A stretch of DNA of 64,000 nt, taken from the IMG/VR virus record IMGVR_UViG_3300021466_000176. One strand, 5' to 3'. The notes beneath the pieces are model-generated. The model did not search any database, had not been told where the DNA came from, and worked only from the letters and a program-made list of their open reading frames with translations. The position numbers were made by a program, and so were the translations under genes. The number at the start of each line of letters is the position of its first letter. The stretch's first letter is position 1. Below, piece by piece: positions 1 to 10,264 of the stretch. Origin of the DNA: a virus.

Positions 1-2
1 AA

Positions 3-1565
3 GAAGGTAGCGAATCCATCCACCACGTCGGTGTCTACGTGACCGTATGGGGAGAAAGCCGGCGCGAGATGAGAGACCTCGCAAACGATGTCGTAGAACG
101 GATGGGTCAACGGCGAGTCATGCTACAGCCTGTAGAAAACAGGGAGCTACAAGGACTTATTACGACCTCTCCGATCAAGCAAAACGCACTCAAACGACGA
201 CAGCACCTCAGTGCCAACTACGAGTATACCAACCCAATGCTCGGATCGGGTGTCGGGGCGCTCTATCCGTTCACCGCAGAGGCTGCCTCCGAGAAAGGAG
301 GCATATTCCACGGCTATAATAGTGTCAATGGATCCACGGTCTCATACAACGTCTATAACCGTGATAACGGATACAACGTGCTGGTTCTCGGGGAACTCGG
401 AGCGGGGAAATCCTACGGTGTAGCACTGACCGTGCTCAGAGAGATAATAAGACGAGGAGAGATTCTCGTTATTATCATGGATCCGCGAGGCGGATTTCGG
501 CCACTGGTAAACGAACTCAACGGATCCATACACTCAGTGGGTGGAGATACAACCATCAACCCGCTCGAAACAAGTGCCACTCCGGAACGTGTCGTCAGAC
601 GAATCAACGAAGAAGAGGGTGGGAGTTTCAACCCCTGGAATAACATGATGGACTCGAAGATGTCCTTTTGGAAGACCTTCTTCGAACAGATGGACGATGA
701 TGACGGCATGGACGGTGATATGAGATCAGTTCTTAGACGAGCGATGCACCGATTATACGTCGATGACTGTGGGATAGTCCCCGGAGATCCGAAATCGCTC
801 GGCAACGAAAGTCCCACAGTTCCGGATCTCGTCAACAAGATCGCCGATATAGAACAGTCACCACGGGACTACCTCAGAAATCAGGAAAGCGACAATCAAG
901 CCGAACTATGGGAGCACGCAGCGGCGAAATTGCAGAGCCAGCTCGAACCGTTCCGGAAAGGGTACCGCTACGGTTCAATGGCCCAAAAAACGAGTATCGA
1001 CATGTACGAAGCGAACCCGATATACTTCGACATGTCCGGACAGGAGGAATCGCGCTCGACGGACCTCTCAATGAAGCTCGTCTACGACGCGGTATATAAC
1101 CGGATCAAAGAGTCCGAAGTCCCATGTATCACAGTTATAGACGAATTCCACTACCTGCTCGAAAACTCAGACGACCTGGAATGGCTCGAAAACTCGATCC
1201 GGCACAGCAGACACTTCGATAACTCAGTACGAGTTATGAGCCAGAACGCGGACGACTTCTTCACTCACAGAAAATCGAAATCGATAGCTTCGCTGATGAG
1301 TTCGAAGCTTTTCTTTCACGTCCCGGAAGCTGGAATGAACTACGAACAAGGGAAAAGTCTCGATTTGACGGACCAGCAAGTGGATATGGTCCGAAAATTA
1401 GATTACGGGTCGGCTACAAGCGGGTATTCACAGGCACTGATTCAAGTGGATGGTATGGGAACGTATCCAGTAGATATCGTCTCTACGGATGCCGAAGAAG
1501 TGATTATCGATCCAGAAGCCGCCAAGAAATCAGGTGCCGCGAAAAAGGTGTCCACATACGTATGA
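3..1565 (+). CDS. virB4: VirB4-family T4SS ATPase, 5'-partial (frame open to window edge)
   Basis: Walker A GELGAGKS, IMDPRG, Walker B ITVIDEFH, QNADDF motif; no stop in frame between nt 3 and 39. Confidence 0.75.
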   Translation, partial: EGSESIHHVGVYVTVWGESRREMRDLANDVVERMGQRRVMLQPVENRELQGLITTSPIKQNALKRRQHLSANYEYTNPMLGSGVGALYPFTAEAASEKGGIFHGYNSVNGSTVSYNVYNRDNGYNVLVLGELGAGKSYGVALTVLREIIRRGEILVIIMDPRGGFRPLVNELNGSIHSVGGDTTINPLETSATPERVVRRINEEEGGSFNPWNNMMDSKMSFWKTFFEQMDDDDGMDGDMRSVLRRAMHRLYVDDCGIVPGDPKSLGNESPTVPDLVNKIADIEQSPRDYLRNQESDNQAELWEHAAAKLQSQLEPFRKGYRYGSMAQKTSIDMYEANPIYFDMSGQEESRSTDLSMKLVYDAVYNRIKESEVPCITVIDEFHYLLENSDDLEWLENSIRHSRHFDNSVRVMSQNADDFFTHRKSKSIASLMSSKLFFHVPEAGMNYEQGKSLDLTDQQVDMVRKLDYGSATSGYSQALIQVDGMGTYPVDIVSTDAEEVIIDPEAAKKSGAAKKVSTYV

Positions 1566-2995
1566 CAGACAATACACCAGAAGGTGACATAGTGCTGAAA
1601 GAATCCCCGACAGCAAAAGGGGAGACGAACAGGTACGAACTCACAATTATGGAATCAGCAGTAAGTATTCCAAAGAGTACGACTCCAAAGTACAAAGAAC
1701 TATACACCCACTTCGAAATGGAGTTCATCGAACGTGGACCCAACCCCACAGACACAGTTAGAGGTTCTATTGAATACCCTGTGCGGCAAATGGTATTCAG
1801 AACAGACTCCATTCTAAACTCGATCAGGCTGATTGACGAACTAAGCCACTACAAACCACTGGAAGACCTCAATCAGGGATTCAGCGCAGTTGAAACCGAA
1901 CGCGCGGAGTACGCGATTGCACTCGTTAAGATGATCATCGGTACAACCGGATACGTGAACGAAGACAAACTCGATATCATCTTCGAGTCAGCAGAAGCTA
2001 CCGGGGAGCAACAGATAACCGATTGGATGCGGGGAGCGCCGATGACCACCCCAATCGGACTGTCCGAAATAGCCGAACTGAGTTCCGGAATCCACGAAGT
2101 AGACATGAATGACGAAAAATTCACATCAATCGAGAGTGGTGCTACAGTCAATTCGAGTAAACAGAACGTTTCGAACGATCCGGATATCCCAGGGAAAACG
2201 GGACGTACAAAACACGAACACCAACGAAATGGTGGCACCGTGGACCACGAAGACCTACCTGAAACGTCGAGCAACAATACGGAAGAAGGGACGGAGCTGA
2301 CTACAGCCGAAGAGTTAGTCGAAAATGACCATCTGGACCCGGAGATACCGGACGGAGCGAGCGATGACCAGAAACAACTCGCTGCTTGGATGGCAATGCA
2401 AGAGGACATCCAAGGAACAGACGAGAACTCCCCGCCACCAATCCAAGCAGAAATAACCGACATCAGGTTCAAGCCGGATAGAGGGTCCGATCCTAAAAAA
2501 GGGGGAAAGGAAGTGTGGGTAGAATTCAGATTACCGAAATACGAGAACGTAGACTCGATGGCTATCTCAAAGTTCATGAAAGCTCCCACGTTCAACGACG
2601 ACGAAACGACAAGCCAACTCGGGGCTCTGATGAAAGACTGTGGGCTGAACGGAGATCAAGTCCTCTCACTCCAAGGACAGAAAGTGGATGTGGTGATTAC
2701 AGAAGAAGGAGGACTCGATATCCCTATCGAACTCTACGAATCGGAACAAGAAAAAGAAGAGAAACAAAGACTGAAAATTGAGCGGGACGATAGTCTGAGA
2801 AGAGCGAAAGTCGGAGCCGGGGTAACGGCAGGGCAAGCAGGAGCTATGGGGGTAAGTATAGCACTATTAGGAATACCCGAGATAGCAATGATGGTGTCGA
2901 GCATTGTCGGGTTCATCGGGTGTGCAGCCACCATTCGGGAGTGGAAAAAATCTAAAACAGCAGGAAAAGAGCTGGACAAAGCAGCAAGCAATTAG
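1562..2995 (+). CDS. Hypothetical acidic protein with C-terminal membrane segments
   Basis: 477-aa ORF overlapping the virB4 stop (ATGA); hydrophobic stretches near C-terminus. Confidence 0.7.
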   Translation: MTDNTPEGDIVLKESPTAKGETNRYELTIMESAVSIPKSTTPKYKELYTHFEMEFIERGPNPTDTVRGSIEYPVRQMVFRTDSILNSIRLIDELSHYKPLEDLNQGFSAVETERAEYAIALVKMIIGTTGYVNEDKLDIIFESAEATGEQQITDWMRGAPMTTPIGLSEIAELSSGIHEVDMNDEKFTSIESGATVNSSKQNVSNDPDIPGKTGRTKHEHQRNGGTVDHEDLPETSSNNTEEGTELTTAEELVENDHLDPEIPDGASDDQKQLAAWMAMQEDIQGTDENSPPPIQAEITDIRFKPDRGSDPKKGGKEVWVEFRLPKYENVDSMAISKFMKAPTFNDDETTSQLGALMKDCGLNGDQVLSLQGQKVDVVITEEGGLDIPIELYESEQEKEEKQRLKIERDDSLRRAKVGAGVTAGQAGAMGVSIALLGIPEIAMMVSSIVGFIGCAATIREWKKSKTAGKELDKAASN

Positions 2996-3035
2996 TAATA
3001 AGCTTTTTAAACCCTCTGCAACCAAGCTATATGTA

Positions 3036-4166
3036 ATGCGGCAGACAGGGGGAGGTAACGATAACGAAAACAAAGGGAGACGATCAGAACCCATCTTCGA
3101 GCTACCGGACCCGCCAGTAAAAGACGAATTCGGAGGTCCGTTCGGTCCCCCACGGGATGACATCCGTCGATCCGACTCCCGATACCACACGGACGAGATC
3201 ATAGAGCCCGAATGGTACAACTGGGAGAAAAGTGCCGATAAAATACGAAAGCAGAACAACGGACGATGTGAAGTCTGTGGAGCGAAAGCTCAAAACAAGA
3301 AGGCAACAGGCGAGAAGAGGGACTGTTACTCGGCGTTCATCGAAACAGCGGACTTCAGCGAGTCCAATCACGCGTACGTGTGTGAAGATTGCATCCAGCG
3401 CCCCGACTGGAGAGAGATAGCACGAAACCGGCGTGAAGTAGATAGAGGAGTGCTTGAGCGCATGAAAAACAGTGCAAGTAACTTCTTTTTCTCACCGCAT
3501 GGGCGTTTACCCCTCTTCGCACGGAGACTCCTGCCCCTCTTATTGGTCATTATCCCAGCAGTAGTTCTCATCGGGATCCCAGGAGTTGAGGTTGCTGCAC
3601 TTATCGGAGCAATCCTCACGTCAGTCGTGCTCGGAGTCCACACGCTCGATTGGAGTCGCCGCGACCCAATCGGGTGGATCATCCGATGGGAAAACCCCAA
3701 CCGGAAGTTGCTACTATACGAGCCAACGCTCGCAGTACTGACGTACGTAATCCTCGAAACTGACGTACTGCCAATAACCGAAGCGGTAGCAACGAACAAC
3801 TTACTCGTTCTCGCGCTCGACATCGCATGGATAACCATCGCAATACTGATTCTCAAAGATGTCTATACGGGGATCAAAATCGACGCGATAGCAGCCGAGG
3901 GACTACCGATCGGAACAAAGACGTTCTGGCAAACCGGAATCAGGGGATCGATTCCGTTAGCAGTCGGATCGTTGGTAGTCGGATTCCCCCTCGGTCTCAC
4001 CCAAGCCCAAGAGGAAGCAGCAATCGTTCTATCGACACTGATCCCGGTCGGCTTCATATCGGCCTATCTCTGCCTCCGTATAATCCACTCAGAGAGATTT
4101 CAACGATACGCCCTTTCTATCGCGGAGAAATTCGGTAGAATTAAATCATCCCTCCCCCTCTGCTGA
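3036..4166 (+). CDS. Membrane protein with N-terminal degenerate HNH-like Zn-binding domain
   Basis: CEVCG...NHAYVCEDC followed by about 6 hydrophobic helices; start moved to ATG 3036 downstream of T-run/TATA-like sequence. Confidence 0.6.
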   Translation: MRQTGGGNDNENKGRRSEPIFELPDPPVKDEFGGPFGPPRDDIRRSDSRYHTDEIIEPEWYNWEKSADKIRKQNNGRCEVCGAKAQNKKATGEKRDCYSAFIETADFSESNHAYVCEDCIQRPDWREIARNRREVDRGVLERMKNSASNFFFSPHGRLPLFARRLLPLLLVIIPAVVLIGIPGVEVAALIGAILTSVVLGVHTLDWSRRDPIGWIIRWENPNRKLLLYEPTLAVLTYVILETDVLPITEAVATNNLLVLALDIAWITIAILILKDVYTGIKIDAIAAEGLPIGTKTFWQTGIRGSIPLAVGSLVVGFPLGLTQAQEEAAIVLSTLIPVGFISAYLCLRIIHSERFQRYALSIAEKFGRIKSSLPLC

Positions 4167-4169
4167 TAT

Positions 4170-5312
4170 ATGTTTAGCGATGAGGACAACGGAACCACCG
4201 AAATTACCAGCGGAGAGCACGAGATAATTCAATCCGCTCTTTCATGGGCTGAAGAGGAAATGGAATTCATAGAAGTACGCCCATACGCGGAGACACGAGG
4301 GGCAGACGCTGGTAGCGCGTTACTCCGGGACATTCACAAGAAACCGCTCAGAGGAACGATGTCAGGCCGTGTGCCGACCATGACATTCGGTATGATATAC
4401 CAAGATGATATCATCCGATACGTCTTCGGAATCAAACCGCCCACAACCGAATCCACAGGTATCGACCACCTGATATCCCCCATAACCACGAGGTACGAGG
4501 AGTCAGAAGTCTCACGAGTGAACTCATCAGATTCGTTCATCCCTATCAACACGGGCGATCACGCGATCGGGGCGAGTATGGAGATGGTACGACACTGCTG
4601 TTTCCCGACCTCGACGTTCGACTCGAAGAAAGACCGGATCGAGGGGGATACGCACGCAGCGTTCGTCCCCGCGATGGTCGGGGATCACTCGACGGATAGA
4701 TCAATGCTCCAAGTGACGTTCAGACCCATATCGTCGCGGTGGTTCGGATCCGGTCTTCAGTGGCAAGGGATGGGGGATGGAAGGATAAAAGCTGAATATA
4801 GAAAAAAGGGGGAATTCGTCGGGGGATTCACGAACCCACACGTCCACGAAGATCCGACGAGTCACATGGCAGCCAAAGAAATAGAAGAACAGCGAGGTGA
4901 AAAAGCATACCAAGCCACTATCGACGTGATCGCGGTAAGTGAAGACCAGCAAGCAGCTCTCCAACGGATCAACGAAATGCGAGACATGTTCTCGGACATC
5001 GATAGCTCCATCAACGACCAGGAACTCGAAGCCACAATCCTCAACGGAGTTGATCTATACGACGCGATAGACCGGATGATCCGACGCATCATTCCCCCAC
5101 AGGGAACACTATCGAGGAGGATAAAGGGGCCGAATAGAGTCTTTACATACAACCAATTAGCGGACGGATTCGTCCACCTACCGACAAGAGAGGGGAAAGA
5201 CTCGATGACGGTAAACGGAACCTACGTCGATTACTCGGAAATGGAGTCCGGACAGGGGGTGCCGGCTTCCTCACCAACGCCACCGGAAGAGTTGGTCGGA
5301 AGTACGGATTGA
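4170..5312 (+). CDS. Hypothetical protein of the T4SS-like operon
   Basis: 380-aa ORF 3 nt after previous stop; no diagnostic motif. Confidence 0.65.
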   Translation: MFSDEDNGTTEITSGEHEIIQSALSWAEEEMEFIEVRPYAETRGADAGSALLRDIHKKPLRGTMSGRVPTMTFGMIYQDDIIRYVFGIKPPTTESTGIDHLISPITTRYEESEVSRVNSSDSFIPINTGDHAIGASMEMVRHCCFPTSTFDSKKDRIEGDTHAAFVPAMVGDHSTDRSMLQVTFRPISSRWFGSGLQWQGMGDGRIKAEYRKKGEFVGGFTNPHVHEDPTSHMAAKEIEEQRGEKAYQATIDVIAVSEDQQAALQRINEMRDMFSDIDSSINDQELEATILNGVDLYDAIDRMIRRIIPPQGTLSRRIKGPNRVFTYNQLADGFVHLPTREGKDSMTVNGTYVDYSEMESGQGVPASSPTPPEELVGSTD

Positions 5313-5364
5313 ATTTTGGAAAAAGTTAGTGTAAAAACGCCGCTCGGAAGTTCGCGCCCTGACG

Positions 5365-5535
5365 CTACTCCGAAGGATCAACAGGGTCAATCCGTTCGAA
5401 GCCGTTTTCGAGGTCCAACTTTCTGAGTCGCTCCCGGTACTCTTCTGGGGTAATTCCTCGCCGATTAGCGAGATCCTCCAGGTGCTCTTCACGGTCGATA
5501 ACAGCAGTTTCAACCGATGGGAGGTCCTCGCTCAT
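5365..5535 (-). CDS. Small hypothetical protein
   Basis: 56-aa acidic ORF MSEDLPSVE...; start chosen at ATG 5535. Confidence 0.5.
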   Translation of the reverse strand: MSEDLPSVETAVIDREEHLEDLANRRGITPEEYRERLRKLDLENGFERIDPVDPSE

Positions 5536-5619
5536 ACTATATTTCTGAGTAGGAAAACTCATAACTCTTCTGCTCAAATCGGCACAAGGCCTATTTTCCC
5601 GGATTGACTCGAAAGCGAC

Positions 5620-5850
5620 TTAAACGTCTGATTCTGACCGATTACCGTCCGAACCGCCAACGTACGAATCGGGCATATTATCGATAGCCCGAACAGTAAC
5701 CCCATGTAACGCTACACCCAACCCAGCAGCGCCACCAGCAGGTGCGGCTACCGAGAAATGGAATCCTGAAAGCAGTAACACTCCGCAAATCAAGAGAATC
5801 GAACCGGGCACCATGAGCTTCACAGAGTCGTAGTAGTCCGATTTATCCAT
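5620..5850 (-). CDS. Small two-helix membrane protein
   Basis: 76 aa, two hydrophobic segments. Confidence 0.55.
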   Translation of the reverse strand: MDKSDYYDSVKLMVPGSILLICGVLLLSGFHFSVAAPAGGAAGLGVALHGVTVRAIDNMPDSYVGGSDGNRSESDV

Positions 5851-5931
5851 CCTTGTAGGGTTGTATTCAGTTGCTGGTAAATAGATGTTCCGATCAATAT
5901 ATTTGTGAGGAGATAGAAGCGCGATTAACCA

Positions 5932-8553
5932 ATGCTGATCGATACGATAAAATCAAAACTCTACAGCACTGCTACTAACGATCACGTCGATGTCGAAGTA
6001 CCACGAAAGGAATCGGAATGGCCCTATGTATGGCCGGAAGACGAAGTAGAACCGTACGAGGGAGAAAAGAAAGTAACGAATATCGTCTCTAAACACACCG
6101 ACGAGAACGGTACCGAACATGTCTTCGCCGGTCCGGATGCCCGCAACGTTATCGAAGGCCATCAAGAAGGGTATAACGACGTTATCTGGCTCGGTGTCGG
6201 GGCTCGGTACGGAGAATGGGCATCGATAAAACGAGAATCACTCCGGACTCACGCCGTCCTCTGGGGCAAATCGGGTTCCGGGAAGTCAGTCTCGCTTAAG
6301 AACATAGCCAAGCAACTGTTCGGCGACGGATCGGGTTTTTGGATGTTCGATGGGGACAACCAAACCATAGACGAGATCGAAGAATCACTCACCGATGAAG
6401 AGTGGGAACGGACCATCATTTTCGACCCGAGCGCCGATAAGGGACGAGCGAATCACGTCGTCGGATTCAACCCACTGGACGTAGGTGTCGATCCGGACCA
6501 CCCACACTTCGATGATATCGTCGGTGACCGTTGTAAGATCATAGTACGTGAAATGGTAGCAAGTCAGCACGGTGGCGGAGCACTCATCGAAGGGGCCGCC
6601 GAAACAATAGTGACAATCGCAATGCGGCTCAATATCACTGTCACTATCCCCGATCTTTTTTACATCATCAAATCTAAAAAACGCCGAGAAGACTTCGCTG
6701 AGTACGCGAAGAAAGCAGGGATGTACGAAGAGTTCCTCGACTACGCGGAGGACATCGCTGATATGCCCGACCAGAAGTTAGACTCACTTATCAGACGCCT
6801 TAAATCGTGGGTCGAAGACCCCAGAGCGATGCGATTCATCTCACACCGGGAATCGAACATCAATTTCAACGAACTCGTGGACAAGAACGCCATCGTCCTC
6901 TGTAAACTCGGAATGGGGGATGACTCACTCAAATCGATGTTCGCTCAAGTAATCCGAGCCTCACTATGGGCAGCCATCAACTACCGCGCCGATACGACAC
7001 CGCGTCACGAACGTGATATGATCTACCTAATGGAAGACGAATACGACGTGCTCGTCAGTGGTGAGAACTTCGACGAAGACGAAAATCAAGTCGTCAAAAA
7101 CATCTTCTCAAAGGCACGGAAGAAAGACTTCAGCAACATCGTCGCATCACAGTACCCGAGCCAGATCCCAGAAGATATCATGGACGCGATCCTCGGCAAC
7201 GTTTCGAACTTCTTCAGCTTCGAACTCGGAATACCGGATGACTGTCGCCTCGCAGCCGAAGTCCTCGACAGGGACAAGAGCGACTTCCAAAACGAATCAG
7301 CCCATCACCTCTGGATGCGAACAGAAATGAGTGGAGCGCGGGAGAAATCACAATCCTACCGGATCTACACCCTCCCCCAATACCCACCGCTGCGAACACG
7401 GGACGAAGCGAAACGAAAAGAAAACGAGAAGGTACGCGAATGGGGAAGCGAGAAGAAATCAAACCCACAGATCCGCCAAGAACTGCTCTTCGTCGGCGAA
7501 GGAGGACCGGATCAACCGGACGGTGGTGGCGAGGCCGACAGCGCGCTCGTGCTGAAGGACGTACTTCACGGGCTATACGACGCCGAGAAATCGGCTGAGA
7601 TGGACTCTTCGCACGACAGTTGGGGAATACTCCCCGACGAAGCGAAGCGTCTCACAGAGCGACACAGGCCCGAGAATCGAAACGTCTCGGATACCGGGTT
7701 CAGCAGCGCACTCGAACAGCTCTGCGAGCGGGGTCACGCTCAACGGCAGATGACCAACGGGACAATGGAATTCAAAACCACCCACGACGGACGAAGCTTC
7801 CTCTTCGATCAAGGCGACGGTGGGCAATCCGGGAAATCGGAACACAAAGGGCTCGTCCGAGACCAGCACAAACACTGCACGAAATGGGGCTACAAGTACG
7901 AAATCATCCCCCAAGGGGACAACGAAACACTCCCCGATGGGCTTCTCACAGAACCACTCGATATATCCGGAAGCGGGCAACGACGCCGGAAGAAGCTCAA
8001 AGAACTCAAAGAAGACCATCCGATTAGATGGGTTCTCACTGCCGGAGATGACGCACACGTTGAAGTCGAAAGTTCGACCATTCGCGGGAGAGTCCCACAG
8101 AAAGTCACCCGGAACCTCGCCAAAGGACTCGAAGAGAGCAAAATCACCCTGTTCGTCGTCTCCGAATACATCTGCGACGGGAAAACCCAAGACCCGAACG
8201 ACGATCCAACCAGACTCGCTCGCCGAGTAGAGCGATACATCCACGATGAGGAGTACCTCGAACGGGCCGACATCAACCCCGAAAACGTTGACCCGGACGA
8301 CTACGCGGTCATAGTAATCCCGGACGAAGGCAACAGCCACTGGGATGATCCCGCACCGAGACTCTGGTTTGGTGAATTCGATTCAGAGGACGAGAGCGAC
8401 TGGCTGACAACTTCCACCGAAAACCTTCCCGGGATGACCCAAGAGTTAGAAACTCCTGTCAGCGTGGGAATTTCGGCCATCAGGAGCGATCTGCGAAAAG
8501 AGCAAAGACCAGAAGAGAAGATAGACCCGATCGATCCGATCGAACCTATCTAA
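5932..8553 (+). CDS. VirD4/TraD/HerA-like coupling ATPase with C-terminal wHTH and PD-(D/E)xK-like extension
   Basis: Walker A GKSGSGKS, Walker B LMEDEY, ASQYPSQI; C-terminal LPDG...VEVESST. Confidence 0.7.
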   Translation: MLIDTIKSKLYSTATNDHVDVEVPRKESEWPYVWPEDEVEPYEGEKKVTNIVSKHTDENGTEHVFAGPDARNVIEGHQEGYNDVIWLGVGARYGEWASIKRESLRTHAVLWGKSGSGKSVSLKNIAKQLFGDGSGFWMFDGDNQTIDEIEESLTDEEWERTIIFDPSADKGRANHVVGFNPLDVGVDPDHPHFDDIVGDRCKIIVREMVASQHGGGALIEGAAETIVTIAMRLNITVTIPDLFYIIKSKKRREDFAEYAKKAGMYEEFLDYAEDIADMPDQKLDSLIRRLKSWVEDPRAMRFISHRESNINFNELVDKNAIVLCKLGMGDDSLKSMFAQVIRASLWAAINYRADTTPRHERDMIYLMEDEYDVLVSGENFDEDENQVVKNIFSKARKKDFSNIVASQYPSQIPEDIMDAILGNVSNFFSFELGIPDDCRLAAEVLDRDKSDFQNESAHHLWMRTEMSGAREKSQSYRIYTLPQYPPLRTRDEAKRKENEKVREWGSEKKSNPQIRQELLFVGEGGPDQPDGGGEADSALVLKDVLHGLYDAEKSAEMDSSHDSWGILPDEAKRLTERHRPENRNVSDTGFSSALEQLCERGHAQRQMTNGTMEFKTTHDGRSFLFDQGDGGQSGKSEHKGLVRDQHKHCTKWGYKYEIIPQGDNETLPDGLLTEPLDISGSGQRRRKKLKELKEDHPIRWVLTAGDDAHVEVESSTIRGRVPQKVTRNLAKGLEESKITLFVVSEYICDGKTQDPNDDPTRLARRVERYIHDEEYLERADINPENVDPDDYAVIVIPDEGNSHWDDPAPRLWFGEFDSEDESDWLTTSTENLPGMTQELETPVSVGISAIRSDLRKEQRPEEKIDPIDPIEPI

Positions 8554-8573
8554 GGAGTCCGATCAGGTCGTGA

Positions 8574-9302
8574 TCACGCCTTGACCTCTTCTTCCAGTTT
8601 ATTGCCATCGAAGATATCCCAAATATGTTCATAGAGATCATTGGCCCGCAACTGATACTCGACCTCGACAGAATAGTCAGTAACGACACCGTGTATCGTA
8701 TTCGACGGTGCTGACGAGACATACTTGACTACTCCAGGGAGCGAACAGATCGGGATATCGACTGTATCGTGACCCATTTTACCGCCTATATTAAGCAATT
8801 GAAAGTCCTCAAACCCGATATTCAACTGTCCATCCCTACTCATCTCCGTATCTGGATCCCATTCTGAGCGACCGATATCGGCCGTGTTTTCTATTTGCGC
8901 CGTGACCCAACAGACTTCAGAATGAGTCACTCCGAACTCGATATCGAACGTGAGAACGGAACGATCGGCTGAATCGTACACACCGTACATTTCGATCGGT
9001 AATACCTTGGAAGCATCCACCTGACTGGAACGTAACCCTATATACCCATCGAATGATTGCTCGGGTTCGATATTGAATGGGTGAATATCACCGTCGAACT
9101 CCGGAAACCCGAGCGGCGAATCGAACGGCAGATCGATATCGGTATCGATCACACTGTCCGGAATATCAACCATATCAACGTCCTCGGGTTGATCGATATG
9201 ATCGATCGTGTCACTGTTACTGAGCGTCCGACCGGGTTGTGCCCGAATCGGATCCCGTTCGCCCCGACGCATCTCCTCCTCTATCTCATCTATTCGGCTC
9301 AT
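8574..9302 (-). CDS. Hypothetical acidic protein
   Basis: 242-aa ORF, D/E-rich. Confidence 0.65.
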   Translation of the reverse strand: MSRIDEIEEEMRRGERDPIRAQPGRTLSNSDTIDHIDQPEDVDMVDIPDSVIDTDIDLPFDSPLGFPEFDGDIHPFNIEPEQSFDGYIGLRSSQVDASKVLPIEMYGVYDSADRSVLTFDIEFGVTHSEVCWVTAQIENTADIGRSEWDPDTEMSRDGQLNIGFEDFQLLNIGGKMGHDTVDIPICSLPGVVKYVSSAPSNTIHGVVTDYSVEVEYQLRANDLYEHIWDIFDGNKLEEEVKA

Positions 9303-9375
9303 TGATTACTAATTGAGTGGTTTCTCGGTATCCGATACGGTGTTCACTGTGCAGTTGAGAACGTGAATCGATGCT

Positions 9376-9996
9376 CTACCCATTTCCAACCCCTCCTGAA
9401 GTGTTAACATGTGTTACGATCTCGTTGATTTTCTCTTCCATGTTCTCCATCCGTTCCTCAACCCGAGATTCGAGTTCCCCCAGACTTTCACCTTTATCAC
9501 CCATTCTGTCTTCAAGAGTATCAATCCTGCGCTCCAGACGTTCCTCAGTTCGAACTATCTCCGTCATCTTGTCATCCGTTACCGTTCCAAACGTACCGAG
9601 TTCTTCAATCACATACCACCCATAATCAGTAAGTGCATATACGTTAGCCATCTGACCAGAATCGGTTGCCTCGGTTTTCTCGGATCCGTCTTCATTTTTC
9701 AACCGCTTAATCATGTTCGCGTTCTCCAGAAGATTCAATGAGTGATGAATAGAACCGCTCGCAATCCGATCAGAATGAGGTTCCGGATGGGTCTGTATCT
9801 TTTTCGTGTTAGCATCCCCGCCGAAAAATCTCAACGCATCAAGGATTATTCGACGGTTCCCGCTGATCTCGTTATCGAGATCACTGACATCCATCTGGTT
9901 CGGGAACGGATTCTTACCCTCGTCAGATTGGTCTACAACTGGCGTTTCATCTTCCGTATCAGGCGGATTAGCACTTGATTGCACGACTGGTACCAC
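9376..9996 (-). CDS. Winged-helix DNA-binding protein with C-terminal coiled coil
   Basis: ILDALRFFGG..SIHHSLNLLENANMIKR..VYALTDYG pattern, heptad-like tail. Confidence 0.65.
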   Translation of the reverse strand: MVPVVQSSANPPDTEDETPVVDQSDEGKNPFPNQMDVSDLDNEISGNRRIILDALRFFGGDANTKKIQTHPEPHSDRIASGSIHHSLNLLENANMIKRLKNEDGSEKTEATDSGQMANVYALTDYGWYVIEELGTFGTVTDDKMTEIVRTEERLERRIDTLEDRMGDKGESLGELESRVEERMENMEEKINEIVTHVNTSGGVGNG

Positions 9997-10264
9997 CTAC
10001 AAAGATCAAGACCATAAATATTCCGGTCTTAGGACCATAAAAAGACCTTACTGCATAACAGCTTCGAGAGAGCAACTATACTGTACTCCCAAAAACAAGC
10101 AGATAGCAAACAAAAATCAAGTAAGTGAGTGAGGCCGGAGGTGAGACCGGATGGCGGGCGCGGTCGCGGTGGCGGCAGCGGTGGCGGCAGGAAACTCTAA
10201 TTGAGAAAAGAATAAACTGAGTAAAATCCAAATTGAATTCAACGGTGTGGATCGAGCCGATCCA

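Noticed and set aside
10132-10191. 12-bp tandem GCGGTGGCGGCA and GAGACCGGATG words
   Set aside because: Only two copies, low complexity; no function assignable beyond flanking locus A
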